DNA from: Octopus vulgaris
Lineage: Eukaryota
DNA: 64,000 bases
NCBI GenBank assembly: GCA_951406725.2
Contig: OX597828.1
Coordinates: forward strand, 66,340,001-66,404,000
Reading direction: 5' to 3'
The notes beneath the pieces were generated by a model that searched no databases, was not told the DNA's origin, and saw only the letters and a list, made by a program, of their open reading frames with translations. The translations under genes were made by a program, and so were the position numbers. Below, piece by piece: positions 24,467 through 37,174 of the stretch (the first letter of the stretch is position 1; every line of letters starts with the position of its first letter).

Positions 24467-24755
24467 GACAGGCTTCTTTCAGTTTCCGTCTACCAAATCC
24501 AGTCACAAGGCCTTGGTCGGCCCGAGGCTATAGTAGAAGACATTTGCCATTTGCCCAAGGTGCTATGCAGTGAGAATGAACCCGGAACCATGTGGTTGGT
24601 AAGCAAGCTACTTACCACACACAGCCACTCCTGCGCTTTTGTTCAAATTCTGCCAAGATTGACTTTGTCTTTCATTCATTTGGGGTTGATGTAATCAACT
24701 TAACCCCTTCCACAAAAATTTCAGGCATTGTGCCTATAGTAGAAAGGAATATTAA
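24113..24755. mobile_element. family A SINE (+) split by a family B SINE (-, 24187-24635)
   Basis: A head at 24113-24185 resumes at gttcaaattctgccaag (~24640); a complete B element lies between. Confidence 0.85.
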
Positions 24756-25647
24756 TTGGAACAAAGGCACTGTATAAAACAGAAATACAGTAACAAAGGG
24801 GTTAAAGGAATCATCTGAAGACATCCCAGTTCTCTGCTACATCAAGTGTGTCAATACTTACTTTACTATAAGGAGCTAAAGAACTAACACAAATATATAT
24901 GCACGCACATACATATGTATACACTTAAGATTGACACATGTGCTTATGATGAACATGTAATGTTGTGTATGCCACACACGTCCTTATATGCATGCACACA
25001 TACACATATGCCCAAACATGTATTCCCATACGCTCATAAGAACACGTGCTTTCAGATGTGTATACATATGTGAATATTGATGATATTGTATACATACTAA
25101 CACATACATAAAAGCACACATGCACACACATGCATGTAATATACATACACACACACATCATGCACACACACACATCATGCACACACACACATCATGCACA
25201 CACACACATCATGCACACACACATTCAAAGCTACCAAAAAAGCAGCAATATTATCACAGATGATAAGGCGGCAGCAGCAGCAGCCGACCTGATTAGTAAT
25301 ATGAAGAAGGATGGTTGTTGAGACCCATCTAATTGCTAATTAAATACTGCAGTAATCAATCCGCTCCAAACTGGACAACTATTTCTCATAAAATTAGGTT
25401 TTCCAACAATCTAATTGGATTTTCTTAGAAGAATATGTAAGGGAAGGGAGTTGGAAGTTGGTCCCTTTAATTTCAAGTCTACTTTTAATTAGAATTGTAG
25501 GTGGTGATAGTAAAACAGATTACCAGTCAACACAATCAATGGTTCATATTCCAATTGTACATAGTGAGGGGTAGTGGTGGTGGGGATAAGTAAATGACTT
25601 ATAAGAGCAATGAATATATTGTTTTGCAGTATTTGTCTTGGACCTTT

Positions 25648-27109
25648 GTGCTGGAATTCAAGACAGGATGCCCCTGGGAGCTCCTCTATACTGACAGCCT
25701 TGCTCTAATTGCTGAGTCACTATCAGAACTAGAGGTGAAGTTTCAGGTGTGGAAACAAGGATTAGAGTCGAAGGGCCTTAGAGTCAACCTAGCTAAAACC
25801 AAAGTCCTAATAAGTAGGAAGGCAGACAAACCCCAAATCCCTTCAGGTAGATGGCCCTGCTTGATCTGTAGAAAAGGTGTAGGTAGAAACTCTATAAGAT
25901 GTACCCAGTGTAAGCTATGGACACATAAGAGGTGCAGCAATATCAAAGGAAGGTTAACTGGGAAGATAATTTTTGTATGTGGCAGATGCTCAGGATCAAT
26001 AAACACTAAAAATGTGCAGAGAACAGCTTCTATCACATTCCAAAGAGAAAAACTAGAAGTAGTTGATAGCTTCCTTTTCCCAGGTGACCAAGTCAGTAGT
26101 GGGAGGATGCGCTGAAAGTGTAGCTGCTAGAATAAGAATAGCCTGGGCAAAGTTCAGAGAGCTCTTACCTCTGCTGGTGACAAAGGGCCTCTTGCTCAGA
26201 GTAAAAGGTAGACTGTATGACGCATGTGTATGAACAGCCATGCTACATGGCAGTGAAACATGGGCTGTGACTGCAGAGGACACGCATAAGCTTGCAAAAA
26301 ATGAAGCCAGTATGATCCAATGGATGTGTAATGTCAGTGTGCATACTCGACAGAGTGTAAGTACCTTGAGAGAAAAGTTGAACCTAAGAAGCATCAGATG
26401 TGGTGTGCAAGAGAGACGACTGAGCTGGTATGGTCATGTGGCGAGAATGGATAAGGATAGCTGTGTGAAAAAGTGTTGAGGGAACCTGTGGAAAAGGTAG
26501 ACCCAGGAAGACCTGGGATGAAGTGGTGAAGCACGACTTTTGAACATTAGGCCTCACTGAGGCAATGACTAGTGACCGAGAATTTTGGAAATATGCTGTG
26601 CTTGAGAAGACCCAGCAAGCCAAGTGAGATGATAACTTTGTAGCGTAAGCCATGGATGTAACACTTATGTGTACAGGGGTTGAAACACTTATGTGTACCT
26701 TCCCTTCATTGGACACTGTTTGCGAAGACCTGTTGAGGCAAGTGAAATCAGAATCAAAATCAAATTCTATGACTGGCATCCGTGCTAGTGGAGCACTAAG
26801 AGCACTGTCTGAGCATCATCGTTGCCAAAGCGCCTAACTGGTGTTCATGCCGGTGGCACATAAAAAGCACCATTTGAGCATGATTGTTACCAGCGTCACC
26901 TTACTGGCACTTGTGCCAGTGTGCAGGTGACACGTAAAAGCACCCACTACACTCTCAGAGTGGTTGGCATTAGGAAGGGCATCCAGCTGTAGAAACTCTG
27001 CCAAATCAAGATTGAAGCCTGGTGCAGCCTTCTGGCTTGCCAGTCCTCAGTCAAATCGTCCAACCCATGCCAGCATGGAAAGCGGACGTTAAACGATGAT
27101 GATGATGAT
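25648..27109 (+). mobile_element. 5'-truncated RTE-clade LINE: RT C-terminal half with PHD-type finger, 3' UTR and (GAT)n tail; pseudogenised
   Basis: PWELLYTDSLALIAES (decayed YADD), GLRVNLAKTK, a C4HC3 finger, LEVVDSF, ARIRIAWAKFREL, MLHGSETW, RRLSWYGHV, GRPRKTW. Frameshifts and internal stops; natural stop ~26625-26627; then the family C tail. Confidence 0.93.
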
Positions 27110-27417
27110 TGTCAACTTTGCTTTCCATTATTTAGGGATTGATAAATAAAGTACCAGTTATATACAGGGGTTGAAACTCTTTTCCCCACTCTTTCTGTGT
27201 CTTCCTTAATTCTGAAAGGACTAAAGAAATTGATTGGGGTCAGACATGGAGAGGGAAAGGCTCTGTCAGGCTTTAAAATACCCAACAAATGTGTATTATG
27301 ACAACATCCCAATAACTCCTGTCAACAAGTTGAGAGTTTACAGTAAGACAATGGCCATGGCCCATATTCTTAAATCTCATGCAGATTTTTCACCTTGCTG
27401 TGAAAAGTATCCAAACA

Positions 27418-27725
27418 GGGTCAGAAGTGGCTGTGTGGTAACAAGTTTGCTTCTCAACTACATGGTTCCAGGTTCAGTCCCTCAGCATAGCACCTTGGGC
27501 AAGTGTCTTCTACTTCAGCCTCAGGCCAACCATAGCTTTGTGCGTGGATTTGGCTGGCAGAAACTGAAAGAAGCCCATTATCTGTGTGTGTGTGAGAGAA
27601 TAGGTGCAGACACAACTGTATGGTGAGAAGTGCTTCCCAACCACATGGATCCAGGTTCAGTCCTATTGTGTGACACCTTGGGCAAGCGTCTTCCACTATA
27701 GCCTCAGACTGATAAAAGCCTGAGG
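27418..27725 (+). mobile_element. two tandem SINE family B head halves
   Basis: tggctgtgtggtaa..ggttcagtcc..ccttgggcaag occurs twice. Confidence 0.75.
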
Positions 27726-27805
27726 GCTGAGTAGATTTGTACTGGTGTGAGTTGGACAGCTTGACAGGAACTGGCAAGGCCAGGGGCCACACCAATTGTC
27801 TGTTT

Positions 27806-28280
27806 TCATCATCATCATCATTGTTTAACGTCCGCTTTCCATGCTAGCATGGGTTGGACGATTTTGACTGGCGAACCAGATGGCTGCACCAGGCTCCAAT
27901 CTTGATTTGACAGAGTTTCTACAGCTGGATGCCCTTCCTAACCACTTCGAGAGTGTAGTGGGTGCTTTTTACTGTTTTGGTTTGGTTTTTACAGCTGGAT
28001 GCTCTTCCTAATGCCAACCACTTGACACAGTGTACTGGGTGCTTACAGAGTGTACATGGCTCCATCATTAATACTTTTTACATGGCACTAGCACCAGTGT
28101 TTTTAAGTGGCTCCAGCACCTGTACCAATGCTTTTTACATGGCATCTTGGTTTTAGGATCTCAATCCTGTTGTGAGTAGGTCTTCTTGAGTACAGTAATG
28201 TGTCGTGTATCTCAGTCCTTTCATCTCATTCATAAGGCTCAGCATTTCTGAGATTGGCCTTCAATACTTCATTTCTCATC
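27806..28280 (-). mobile_element. family C RTE 3' end nested in an older RTE 3' relic
   Basis: Young tail at 27806-27970; diverged acagctggatgctcttcctaatgccaacc and ORF-end relic to ~28280. Confidence 0.7.
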
Positions 28281-28352
28281 TAAAACAAAAGTCTAAAGAG
28301 ATGTTCATGATTGGATTGCATTTAATTGTGGATCACTACTCTCTCTCTCTTT

Positions 28353-28563
28353 CTACACTCTTGGAGTAGACCCTACACTCTCGGAGTGGACCCTACACTC
28401 TTGGAGTGGTTGGCGTTAGGAAGGGCATCAAGCTGTAGAAACTCTGCCAAATCAAGATTGGCGCCTGGTGCAGCCATCTGGTTCACCAGCCCTCAGTCAA
28501 AATCGTCCAACCCATACTAGCATGGAAAGCGGACGTTAAACGATGACGACAACGACAACGACG
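28353..28563 (+). mobile_element. RTE LINE 3' end (family C) with triplicated 5' junction
   Basis: ctacactctyggagtrg three times, then the family C tail ending (gac/aac)n. Confidence 0.88.
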
Positions 28564-29244
28564 AAATATAAACAGGTTTTTACTGTAATCAGGACAAATA
28601 AAAGCAAATCAAGTCAAAAATGCACTCTCTGGAAGAGTTATGTATCAGTGGCTGACTGTTGAACTCGTGTATTGAAAGTATTAACCTCACCTCTTACTTT
28701 CCCATCGCCTTTTCGTCCACTTGCACAAGGTGAATGTTGTTAGTTCAGCTTAACTTCAGTTATTAGCAAAACATAAAGCGAGATTAACACTAAATGCTAA
28801 TACGTGTATGTGTCATTGGCATTTATAAGTTTATATGAAATTGTGTTAATAGCTAATTAATAATTTATTTCCCTGTTAGCAATATGATAATTTATTTACA
28901 AATTTGAAGTGGTTTTATATATTACTGAGTGTGGTTTAGTTGATTTCATTACCACCAGTACATGTGTCACTAGAAGGATGACAAACAAAGTCAGCTCCTG
29001 TGAGATTTGATCTCAGAATATAGAGAAACTTGGCACTATAAAGAGATGTTCATGATTGGATTGCATTTAATTGTGGATCACTACTCTCTCTCTCTAACTC
29101 TCTCTCTCTAACTCTCTCTCTCTAACTCTCTCTCTCTTTAACTCTCTCTCTCTCTCTCTAACTCTCTCTCTTTTTCTCTAACTCTCTCTCTCTTTCTCTC
29201 TAACTCTCTCTTGATATCCCTGATGACTAGCTTCAAGGGATTAA

Positions 29245-29453
29245 CTCTTTAGCATTCAATTTACTCTGTCTAATGTAACACTTATTAACACGGTTTTGAA
29301 TTAATCATGCAAAATATTTTAACTTTGAGTGTTTGATGATGTGATCGTCAATTTTTGAATAACAATGTAGGATAGGTTTGAGAAGCCAGATCTGGGCGGT
29401 TTAAAACAGGTAGACTATTTGGGCCTCATATGGCCAGTTTAAATGCTAAAGGC
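29245..29453 (+). mobile_element. piggyBac-like MITE
   Basis: TTAA|ctctttagcatt...aatgctaaaggc|TTAA; homologous to 3623-3843. Confidence 0.75.
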
Positions 29454-29538
29454 TTAAACTTCAGACTGTTATTATCTTTAGTTCAGCAATTCACCCTTTC
29501 TGCCAACCTGCCATCTTCTGCAATAAAATAAATAATAA

Positions 29539-29927
29539 ACATCATCATCATTTAACGTCCGTTTTCCATGCTAGCATGGGTTGGACGGTTCGACCAGGAT
29601 CTGGGAAGCCATGGAGGCTGCACCAGGCTCTAGTCTGATCTGGCAGTGTTTCTACAGCTGGATGCCCTTCCTAACGCCAACCACTCCATGAGTGTAGTGG
29701 GTGTTTTTTATGTGCCAGGTGAGGCTGGCAAATGGCCACGGTCAGTTGGTGCTTTTACATGTCACAGGCACAGACAACAGTCAGGCAGCGCTGACATCTG
29801 CCACGTTCGGATGGTGCTTTTTACGTATCACCGGCATGAGTGTCTTAACTACAATTTCCATTTGAATTTTTATTTTGATGCTGATGTACTTGACTCAATA
29901 GGTCTCCTCAAGAACAGCGGGTCACTC
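29539..29927 (-). mobile_element. RTE LINE 3' end (family C)
   Basis: Colinear with the copy at 2108-2645. Confidence 0.88.
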
Positions 29928-30823
29928 TACGAACACTTACAATAAATTTCCTAAATTAGTATTTAATGACTTTGTGCACCCTGAATATATGTCAATGTCA
30001 GAGAATTGCAGGGATCAAAAGAATTTTGGCAGGAATTGAGCAACAAAAACCTTGGCACTAAACTTATCAGCAACAGACAACTTCTGTCAATTTTGGTATT
30101 TTTTGCTTCACACCAGCACAACTGTTCATCATTCCTTTAAAATAACATAGAAGCATTTCCTTTGATATAGATATGATCCTGCCGACTCTGATACGACATC
30201 TCTGTTATTTCAATGTAATCAGAGCACAACACTGTTTTTATATCATCCACTGCCTCTCATGTTCTGGCAAACATAACAGTCTTTACTGATGGAAAGCTTC
30301 ACATTAACCCATACCCAACCCGCTGACATGAAGCTGATAATTGTGAGTTTGATGTTGTTTGCAATGAAGAAGTTTACAGACTGTCTGTTCAGTAGAGTAA
30401 TATTGATGATAGCAGTGGAGATAATAATAGTGGTGGCAGCGATGCCGGCAGTGGTGGTGATGGCAGTAGTAGTTGTTGTTGTTTTGGTGGTGGCAGTGGT
30501 GATATTTGGTTGCAGTGGTGGTTGTCGTCATTGTGATGGTGCCAGTGATGATGATGATGTTGGTGGTTATGATGAAAATATATGGTTGTGGCAAGAACAG
30601 AAATGTTGATGAGGATGGCAGTTGTTGTTGTTGGTAGCAATGATGATGGTGAAGGTACCATTGGTAGTGGTGGTCGTGGCTGTAGAGGTTGTGGAAGTGG
30701 TAGTGATAGTGATAGAGATGATGGTGATGAGGGTAGAGTTGGTGAGGAGTGATAAGATGAAGGTAATTATTATCCTCCTCCTCATCATTAACTACTACTA
30801 CTACTACTACTAGTACTACCACC

Positions 30824-30858
<35 letters not shown>

Positions 30859-31351
30859 CACCCTTACTACTACTACCACCACCCAGTGAAATGGCAAATG
30901 AATGGGTACAATTTAAAGAAAAGACTGTTTAGTGTTACCAGGGACACGGTAACTTCTCTAAAACTGTCAAGTGATTGGTAAATGAACAGAGACAGCATAG
31001 AATACAGAGCTTCTTTAGTCCAGTGGAAGACACGGCCACCTCTTTAATGCTGGTGTCATGTTAAATACACCAGTTTACTATGCAAAAGTGGTTGGTGATA
31101 GGAAGGGTATTCAACCATTGAACACATTCCAAAAACAGAATGTACAAGTGAGATGTGGTCTCTGGACAGCAGATGAAAATGTAGAAGATAGCTGCACTGT
31201 CCTCTTTGCATCTCACTGTTTCATTACAATCAGAGAACGACTCTGTTTTCACATCAATTGCTGCTGAGATTTTAGTAACAACATAACAGACTTTGCTGAT
31301 AGAATTTCCACAATTAGTCCAAACAAACCTCCTGTTCCATGGCTCCATGTA

Positions 31352-32238
31352 CAGGGTGTTTGGGATAAATTTGATGATATTTTTTTTGTCTGCTTTATTC
31401 AGGGACAGTCAACAGCATTGAAGAGCATTAAAGATTAAAGTTGTTGTTGAGAAAAAGTAAGTTGACATGGAAGATTGGAAGTCATCTGAATTCCTGGAAA
31501 ATAGTTACCTATATCATAATGATTTGGGCTGGGTACCAAAATGCCAACATTATGATTGCTGCTCAATGCTCTGCAAACATTGTAAAGGTTGTAAGATTTG
31601 GCATGGACAGCTGCAATGGAGACTATAAAGCTATGGCCAGCAGGAAGGGACACAGCAAGTGTTCTGACTGCATTTGCATGCCAAAATTCATTCCCACATC
31701 TTTGATTAGAGCCTTTGGCTGAATTCAGATTGCTATGTGAAGCTGCTGGAGACTGTGGTCAAATCCTGGCTGGAGAGATTGCTGCTGGAAGGCCATATAG
31801 ATGGGAGTAGGATTTGGCTCCTTGCTATACCTATGAAAAGTGCCAAAAGTCGTTGCTGGAGAATTTCTACAATTTCACCATTCCCAATTTTCTGTCCACT
31901 TAATTTCTCTGATTGCAATTCCATGGATTATTATTTGTGAGGTATGGTTGGCAAAGACCCTAACCACTCTGCCTCCAATACCAAGGCTGAGATGGTGGCC
32001 AAGATCAAGGTAATGTTTGATGATCTTTCTAAGGACACTTTCTAAGGAATGCAGGCGCCAGGTTCCAAAGCCATCTTGAGGTTGTGGTGGAAGTGGAGGA
32101 TGGCTACTTTGGATAAACCGTTATCTTTCAGCCATAACCTAGTTGATGTTTTATGATTTTTTTAAATACTTTTATTTTTGGATGGGATATGTTTTCTTTC
32201 CCTTTTATGCAAACTGTCAATTTTAGCCTGAATAACTT
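31352..32238 (+). mobile_element. internally deleted maT/DD37D (Tc1/mariner superfamily) transposon
   Basis: Left end TA|cagggtgtttgggataaatttga. Frames give KLLETVVKSWLER..QQD..CPLNFSDCNSMDYYL.G.V.KD.N.SA.NTKAE.VAKIK..RFQSHLEVVVEVEDGYF (WPP.SPDCNP.DY motif). Degenerate right TIR ctgtcaattttagcctgaataac. Confidence 0.8.
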
Positions 32239-32807
32239 ACGTGTTCTGACTAATGAGTTCATCAAACAGAGTGGAATGTATTTTACAAGATGTTAATATA
32301 ATGATTGTGAGTGGTTTAGAAGGAATTGTATAATACTATATTCCAAGCATATATATGAAGAATAAATTTTTGTACAAGAAAGAAGATTGGTGACCATTGC
32401 CCTTGCAGGTTTTTCAAGACAAATAAGGTTTGATATAATTTATGTTCAGCTCAAACATCTGGAGATTATGTAAGTAAAGTGTGATGGACAGCTTGAAAGT
32501 AGAATTGGCTTGGTAGTTTTACCAAGCTGATGGCAAACTTTTCAAATATGAAATTCAGTTGGGATTATCTCATGTAAAATGATAAACCATTTTCTTTCCT
32601 CTTTTGTCCAACCAATAATAACTGTTGCATAGTAGAAGAATGTTTGTGAATTTGTCATTGAATAACATCAATAGAATTGGTAGAGATAAGAAATCATTCT
32701 TTTGAAATTATATGAGCAGAATCGTTAGGTCATTTGCATCTGGATGGAAATAGAAATAGAGAGGGTAGCAATCCTATCAAAAGACAAAATTAGCCGAGTA
32801 ATTTTGA

Positions 32808-33050
32808 CAGCTGGTCTTGAATTCCGCTGTTTTGGCTTGGAGGACAAAGATGAAAAGAAAGGGACCAAGAACTGAGTCTTAAGGAATGCCTACTTGTACA
32901 CCAAATCCATCATTGTACTCATGATTAACAGTGACAGAGCCTCTGTACATGGTCTGTATTATTTTCACAAGCTACTCATCTACCCCTAGCTTCCTCAGAG
33001 CCCATCATATCACACAACAGGGTACTCTATCAAAAGCTTCTGAGTCTAGA
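32808..33050 (-). mobile_element. RTE RT relic (subdomains 3-4)
   Basis: Reverse complement: EAFDRVP..WALRKLGVDE.LVKIIQTMY...VQVGIP.DSVLGPFLF..VLQA..EFKT. Confidence 0.8.
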
Positions 33051-33949
33051 GGAAATAGTTATGATGGTTTTGTCTGAGATCTAGATAGGACAACAAATTT
33101 ATCTTCTATGTATTCAACCAGTGTCTAGAGATCATTGACCAGTGGAATAGTGTTAAATCATTGCCATCACATGTAGAAAATATTTTAGTATCACTTTGCC
33201 TGCCTGCCTGGCATTATAAGTATAAGCAAGGGAAGGAAAAATGACATAGGATCATTAATGTGTGGTTTGATGCCCAATTTGTGCAGCAATATCACATTAT
33301 CTCCGTTGGGTGTCCTAATAAACAATTGATTTTACTTTAGTGAGAAAGTAGTTGTTTAATTAACTTCAGATGGCTTCAGTGTATTCAGCAGGAAAAATAC
33401 TCTAACACTTTGTAACTGTGTCTATAGCTTATGTTGCTGCATTCTCATGGTTTGTTTTTTTCTTTACGCTTGTCATCTGCTGAATAAAAAGCTGACTAAG
33501 AAGCAGGCCAGTCATGTGACTTTCAAGAGGAGAAACATCGTTAGTTCATTATTTGCTTCTCTTTCATTGTTGTACATTTTAACAAACTGTTGTATAATTA
33601 TTCATTAAATATGACAATTACCTCCCACTCTCCCTTTTCCCTATCTTTCCCACATACAGTCTTGCAGACCTTCACTCATTACTACTCACCTTCTACCTTA
33701 AGGCATCACTTAAAAACCTCATCCCCACTATATATCTCCTTGGAGACACCACCATTTCATTCACACTCTCTTTCCTAAATGAAACTATCTATATAGCTCC
33801 CCTACGACATGAACCTGCTCTATCCTCATCTATACTCGCATATCTCAACCCTCATTTAACATTAGTGTGCACCCCATTCCTTGAATTTTGTAGATCTGTG
33901 AGCTGTATGGTGACTTCAATTGTGCCTGTGGCAAGAAAAATGTTCCCAG

Positions 33950-34293
33950 TACACACTGTAAAGTGACTGGCACCTCTTGTGTGTCATTAGAATGTTCTAG
34001 GACACCATATAAAGAAATTCCTACCTACACTTTTCCTACATACCAAACAAGGCCGTTTACCTGATGGCCCTGTTCAATGTTTTTTTTTTATTAAAACCTA
34101 AGTCTTTGCTTAGTCAACCTTTAGGCCCTTGGATTCCAGGTTTTGCTTCCATACCTGGAATTTCTTTTCTAGTTCTGTCACAGAATCTGCTTTGAGAGCA
34201 AGATCATGAGCATATAGCAGTCCCCAGGGACAGCTGGTCTTGAATTCTCCTGTTTTGGCTTGGAGGACAATGATGAAAAGAAAGGGACCAAGA
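33950..34293 (-). mobile_element. RTE RT relic (subdomains 4-6 and start of PHD finger)
   Basis: LGPFLFIIVLQAKTGEFKTSCPWGLLYAHDLAL..FQVWKQNLESKGLKV, homologous to 25650-25900. Confidence 0.85.
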
Positions 34294-34299
34294 ATATAC

Positions 34300-34330
<31 letters not shown>

Positions 34331-37174
34331 CATACATACAGGCATAGCTGTGTGGTAAGAAGCTTGCTTCCCAACTGCATAGTTCTATGTTCAGTCCCAC
34401 CATGTGAAATGCAGTAGGGCTTGAAAAGATAGTGATCATGTTTGAATACTTACAATACATGTTTACACTAAATACTATGTTGACTTGTTTGCTGAAAAAT
34501 ATGGTAAATATTCTAAGAAGAATTTAATGCAATATTGTTATGCACATCATAGAACTGTTGATAAGATAAGAACTAGAGACTGATGAAGTGAGATAAAAAA
34601 AAAACTTTATCCAATCAGCCATTGAGACTCTCCATATTTATGTTATATTACAACCTACAAAGAAACTCATAATAAAATGTAAAATGTTGTTAGTAAATTC
34701 TGTAGAAACGGTTACTGAAAAGAGAAAATAAAATTTACAAATTTTATTTTAACAAACAAAAAAATTAATAAATTCAGAAACAAACTTATATTTTCCTCCT
34801 TTTTTTTTCTTTTGGTGTGTCTATTAACTTTTTCTTGCTTTTAATACTCTCTGTTAATGTTAAATTCATTTTATAAAATGATTTTTTTTGCTTTTCACAT
34901 CTATTGCAAATAAACTCTTTGATATGATCTTATTGGCAAATGTTATTTCCAAACAATCAAACAAGATAAATCGAAAGCATATTTAACTTATATAGGTTAT
35001 GTATAAATTAATGATGGCGATTCCACTTGACTGCATGCTGATTTCAATGAGATGATTACTGTTTTTTCGCCAGTCAAAATTCTCTCAAAACCACATGTAT
35101 TTACATCAATACACATTCATACAAACACACATACAACCACACACACACACACAGCTCCACACATTCATGCATACACTTGCACAGACATATAATGATTTAA
35201 TATCAATTGTCTTACAACTAAGAGTTTGAAAAGAATTATCAAAGAAACAATCTCTTTTTATTTGAAAAGAGGTAAAAAAAAAGTGTAAAAAAAGAAATTG
35301 AAACACGAGAAAAATTTATATAAAATCTTACCAAATACCGAATATTTACTTGGAAGCTTGAATGGCCATTTTTTCATAGATATTAAAAGAATTCTCTCAT
35401 CTGAGTTAATCAGCTGCACTCAGCAATTTGGAAGGAAATTCGATCAATATTCTACCAGAATATAGCAATGTGTTGAGCCAAATAGAAGGAATATGAGTCA
35501 CTATTTCTGTTGGCGAGGAGAGAGAAAGAGGGAGAGAGAGAGAGGAAGAGAGAAAGAGGAAGAGAGGGAGAGAGAGTAATTTGTGATCGTTTCATGTATA
35601 CAACTGATATTTCTTGGAAACAGTTAATTCTTTGAATTATCATCTCAAAACACACAGCCAACAACCATATTATCAATGCCGCATAGACAAAATAAGCCAT
35701 AACTTATCAACAGAATGAAGAAACTGAATAAATGTATTGAATGATTAGGAATGGAATAATAAAAGAGTTTTGTCTCAATGTTTTTATCCTCTCTTTAGAA
35801 TCATTACTTTAGTAATTTGTAAATTAAAGAAAAAAATTATTTTGTTCAATTTGTCTTGCTTTTGTTGTTGCCAAAAATATCATTTATTCAAATTTCAAAA
35901 TACCACTTTGTGCTCTGTCATAGTCAGTGGTAGCATCCTGCCAAATGTTGAACAGTCATAGGTGGGTGGGGGGACTGTTTATAATATCTCAGCATTCTGA
36001 AAATTAAATTTAAAGGTTTGAAATGAAGTCATTTCAGCAGTGTGATTCAAAAGGTTTGTTTTAGTGACTAACATGAGTCAACTTTTGAAAATTCAATTTC
36101 ATTCCATTCAATTAATTGATCTCCCACCACCACCACCAACACCATGCACCAACGACCCCACCAACACCATGCACCAACGTCCCCACCACAACCACCACAA
36201 ACACTAGCAGCCAATGAACCATCCCATTACAAACATTAGCCACCTACATAACCAGTGAATTAACTTTTGAAGGGAAATTTTTCCTTGTTAATGATATCAA
36301 ATACAAGACATACATGAGCACACATACATATACACACAAATATTTACACACACAATTGTATACATGTGTGTGTGTGTGTATATAATTTGTCAAATAAGAT
36401 GAACCAGATGTCATTGACTGTATTTCAAATGCAACAAAAATTAGGATGTACAATTAGAGAATAGGTGACCTCAGACATGAAGGATGGTTATACATACAGA
36501 ATTAATATATTAAACAAATATATACATACATAAATACACATACTCATATAAATCCACACACACACAAGCATGCACACACATGCACACATGTATGCATGCA
36601 TACACGCATGCACACATGTACACACAAATACACACACTCATCGTACATGGTGGCTGTCAAGTCATAGATGAATATGACCACCACTGACAATTGCTAAAAT
36701 GCCCATGCTTGTACAACACCATTTAGATTCTTCCCTACAAAACCAAAGTCACCCAGAAACAAACAAGAGCAAGATCTCTGGCTTTGCAATGATGTGGGTG
36801 TTATTTTGAAATTTCCTTCTCCTAGAGAGGTGTCTAAAGAAAAACTAGGGAGTCTCTCACTGCCAGCTGTTGGATGGCCATTGACTCTACAGTTCATTTA
36901 GCCTTTTACAAGTTTTATTTTTCATCAAATTGGGTGTTACACCTTAGTAATGAAATTACCACAAAGTAATGAAAAAAAAACACTCTCCTTATCAAAAGGG
37001 CTTGGTAGGGTTGCTGGTTTGGTTGCTTAACCATATGATAGGTTGTATTGGGTTATATGTTACAAGTAGTACCAATAGTTGACATGACATAACATAACAT
37101 AACATAACATAAAATAACATACATACATACATACATACATACATACATACATACATACATACATACATACATAC

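Noticed and set aside
30304-30897. 197-aa His/Val-rich ORF, and similar ORFs at 5436-5889, 43908-44187, 48067-48531 and 59470-59756
   Set aside because: These are translations of tri- and dinucleotide microsatellites with no coding signature.
36640-36900. Ceph-domain SINE or RTE 5'-UTR-like relic (reverse complement ctaggagaaggaaa)
   Set aside because: Only a short motif recalled from memory; not enough to call boundaries or family.
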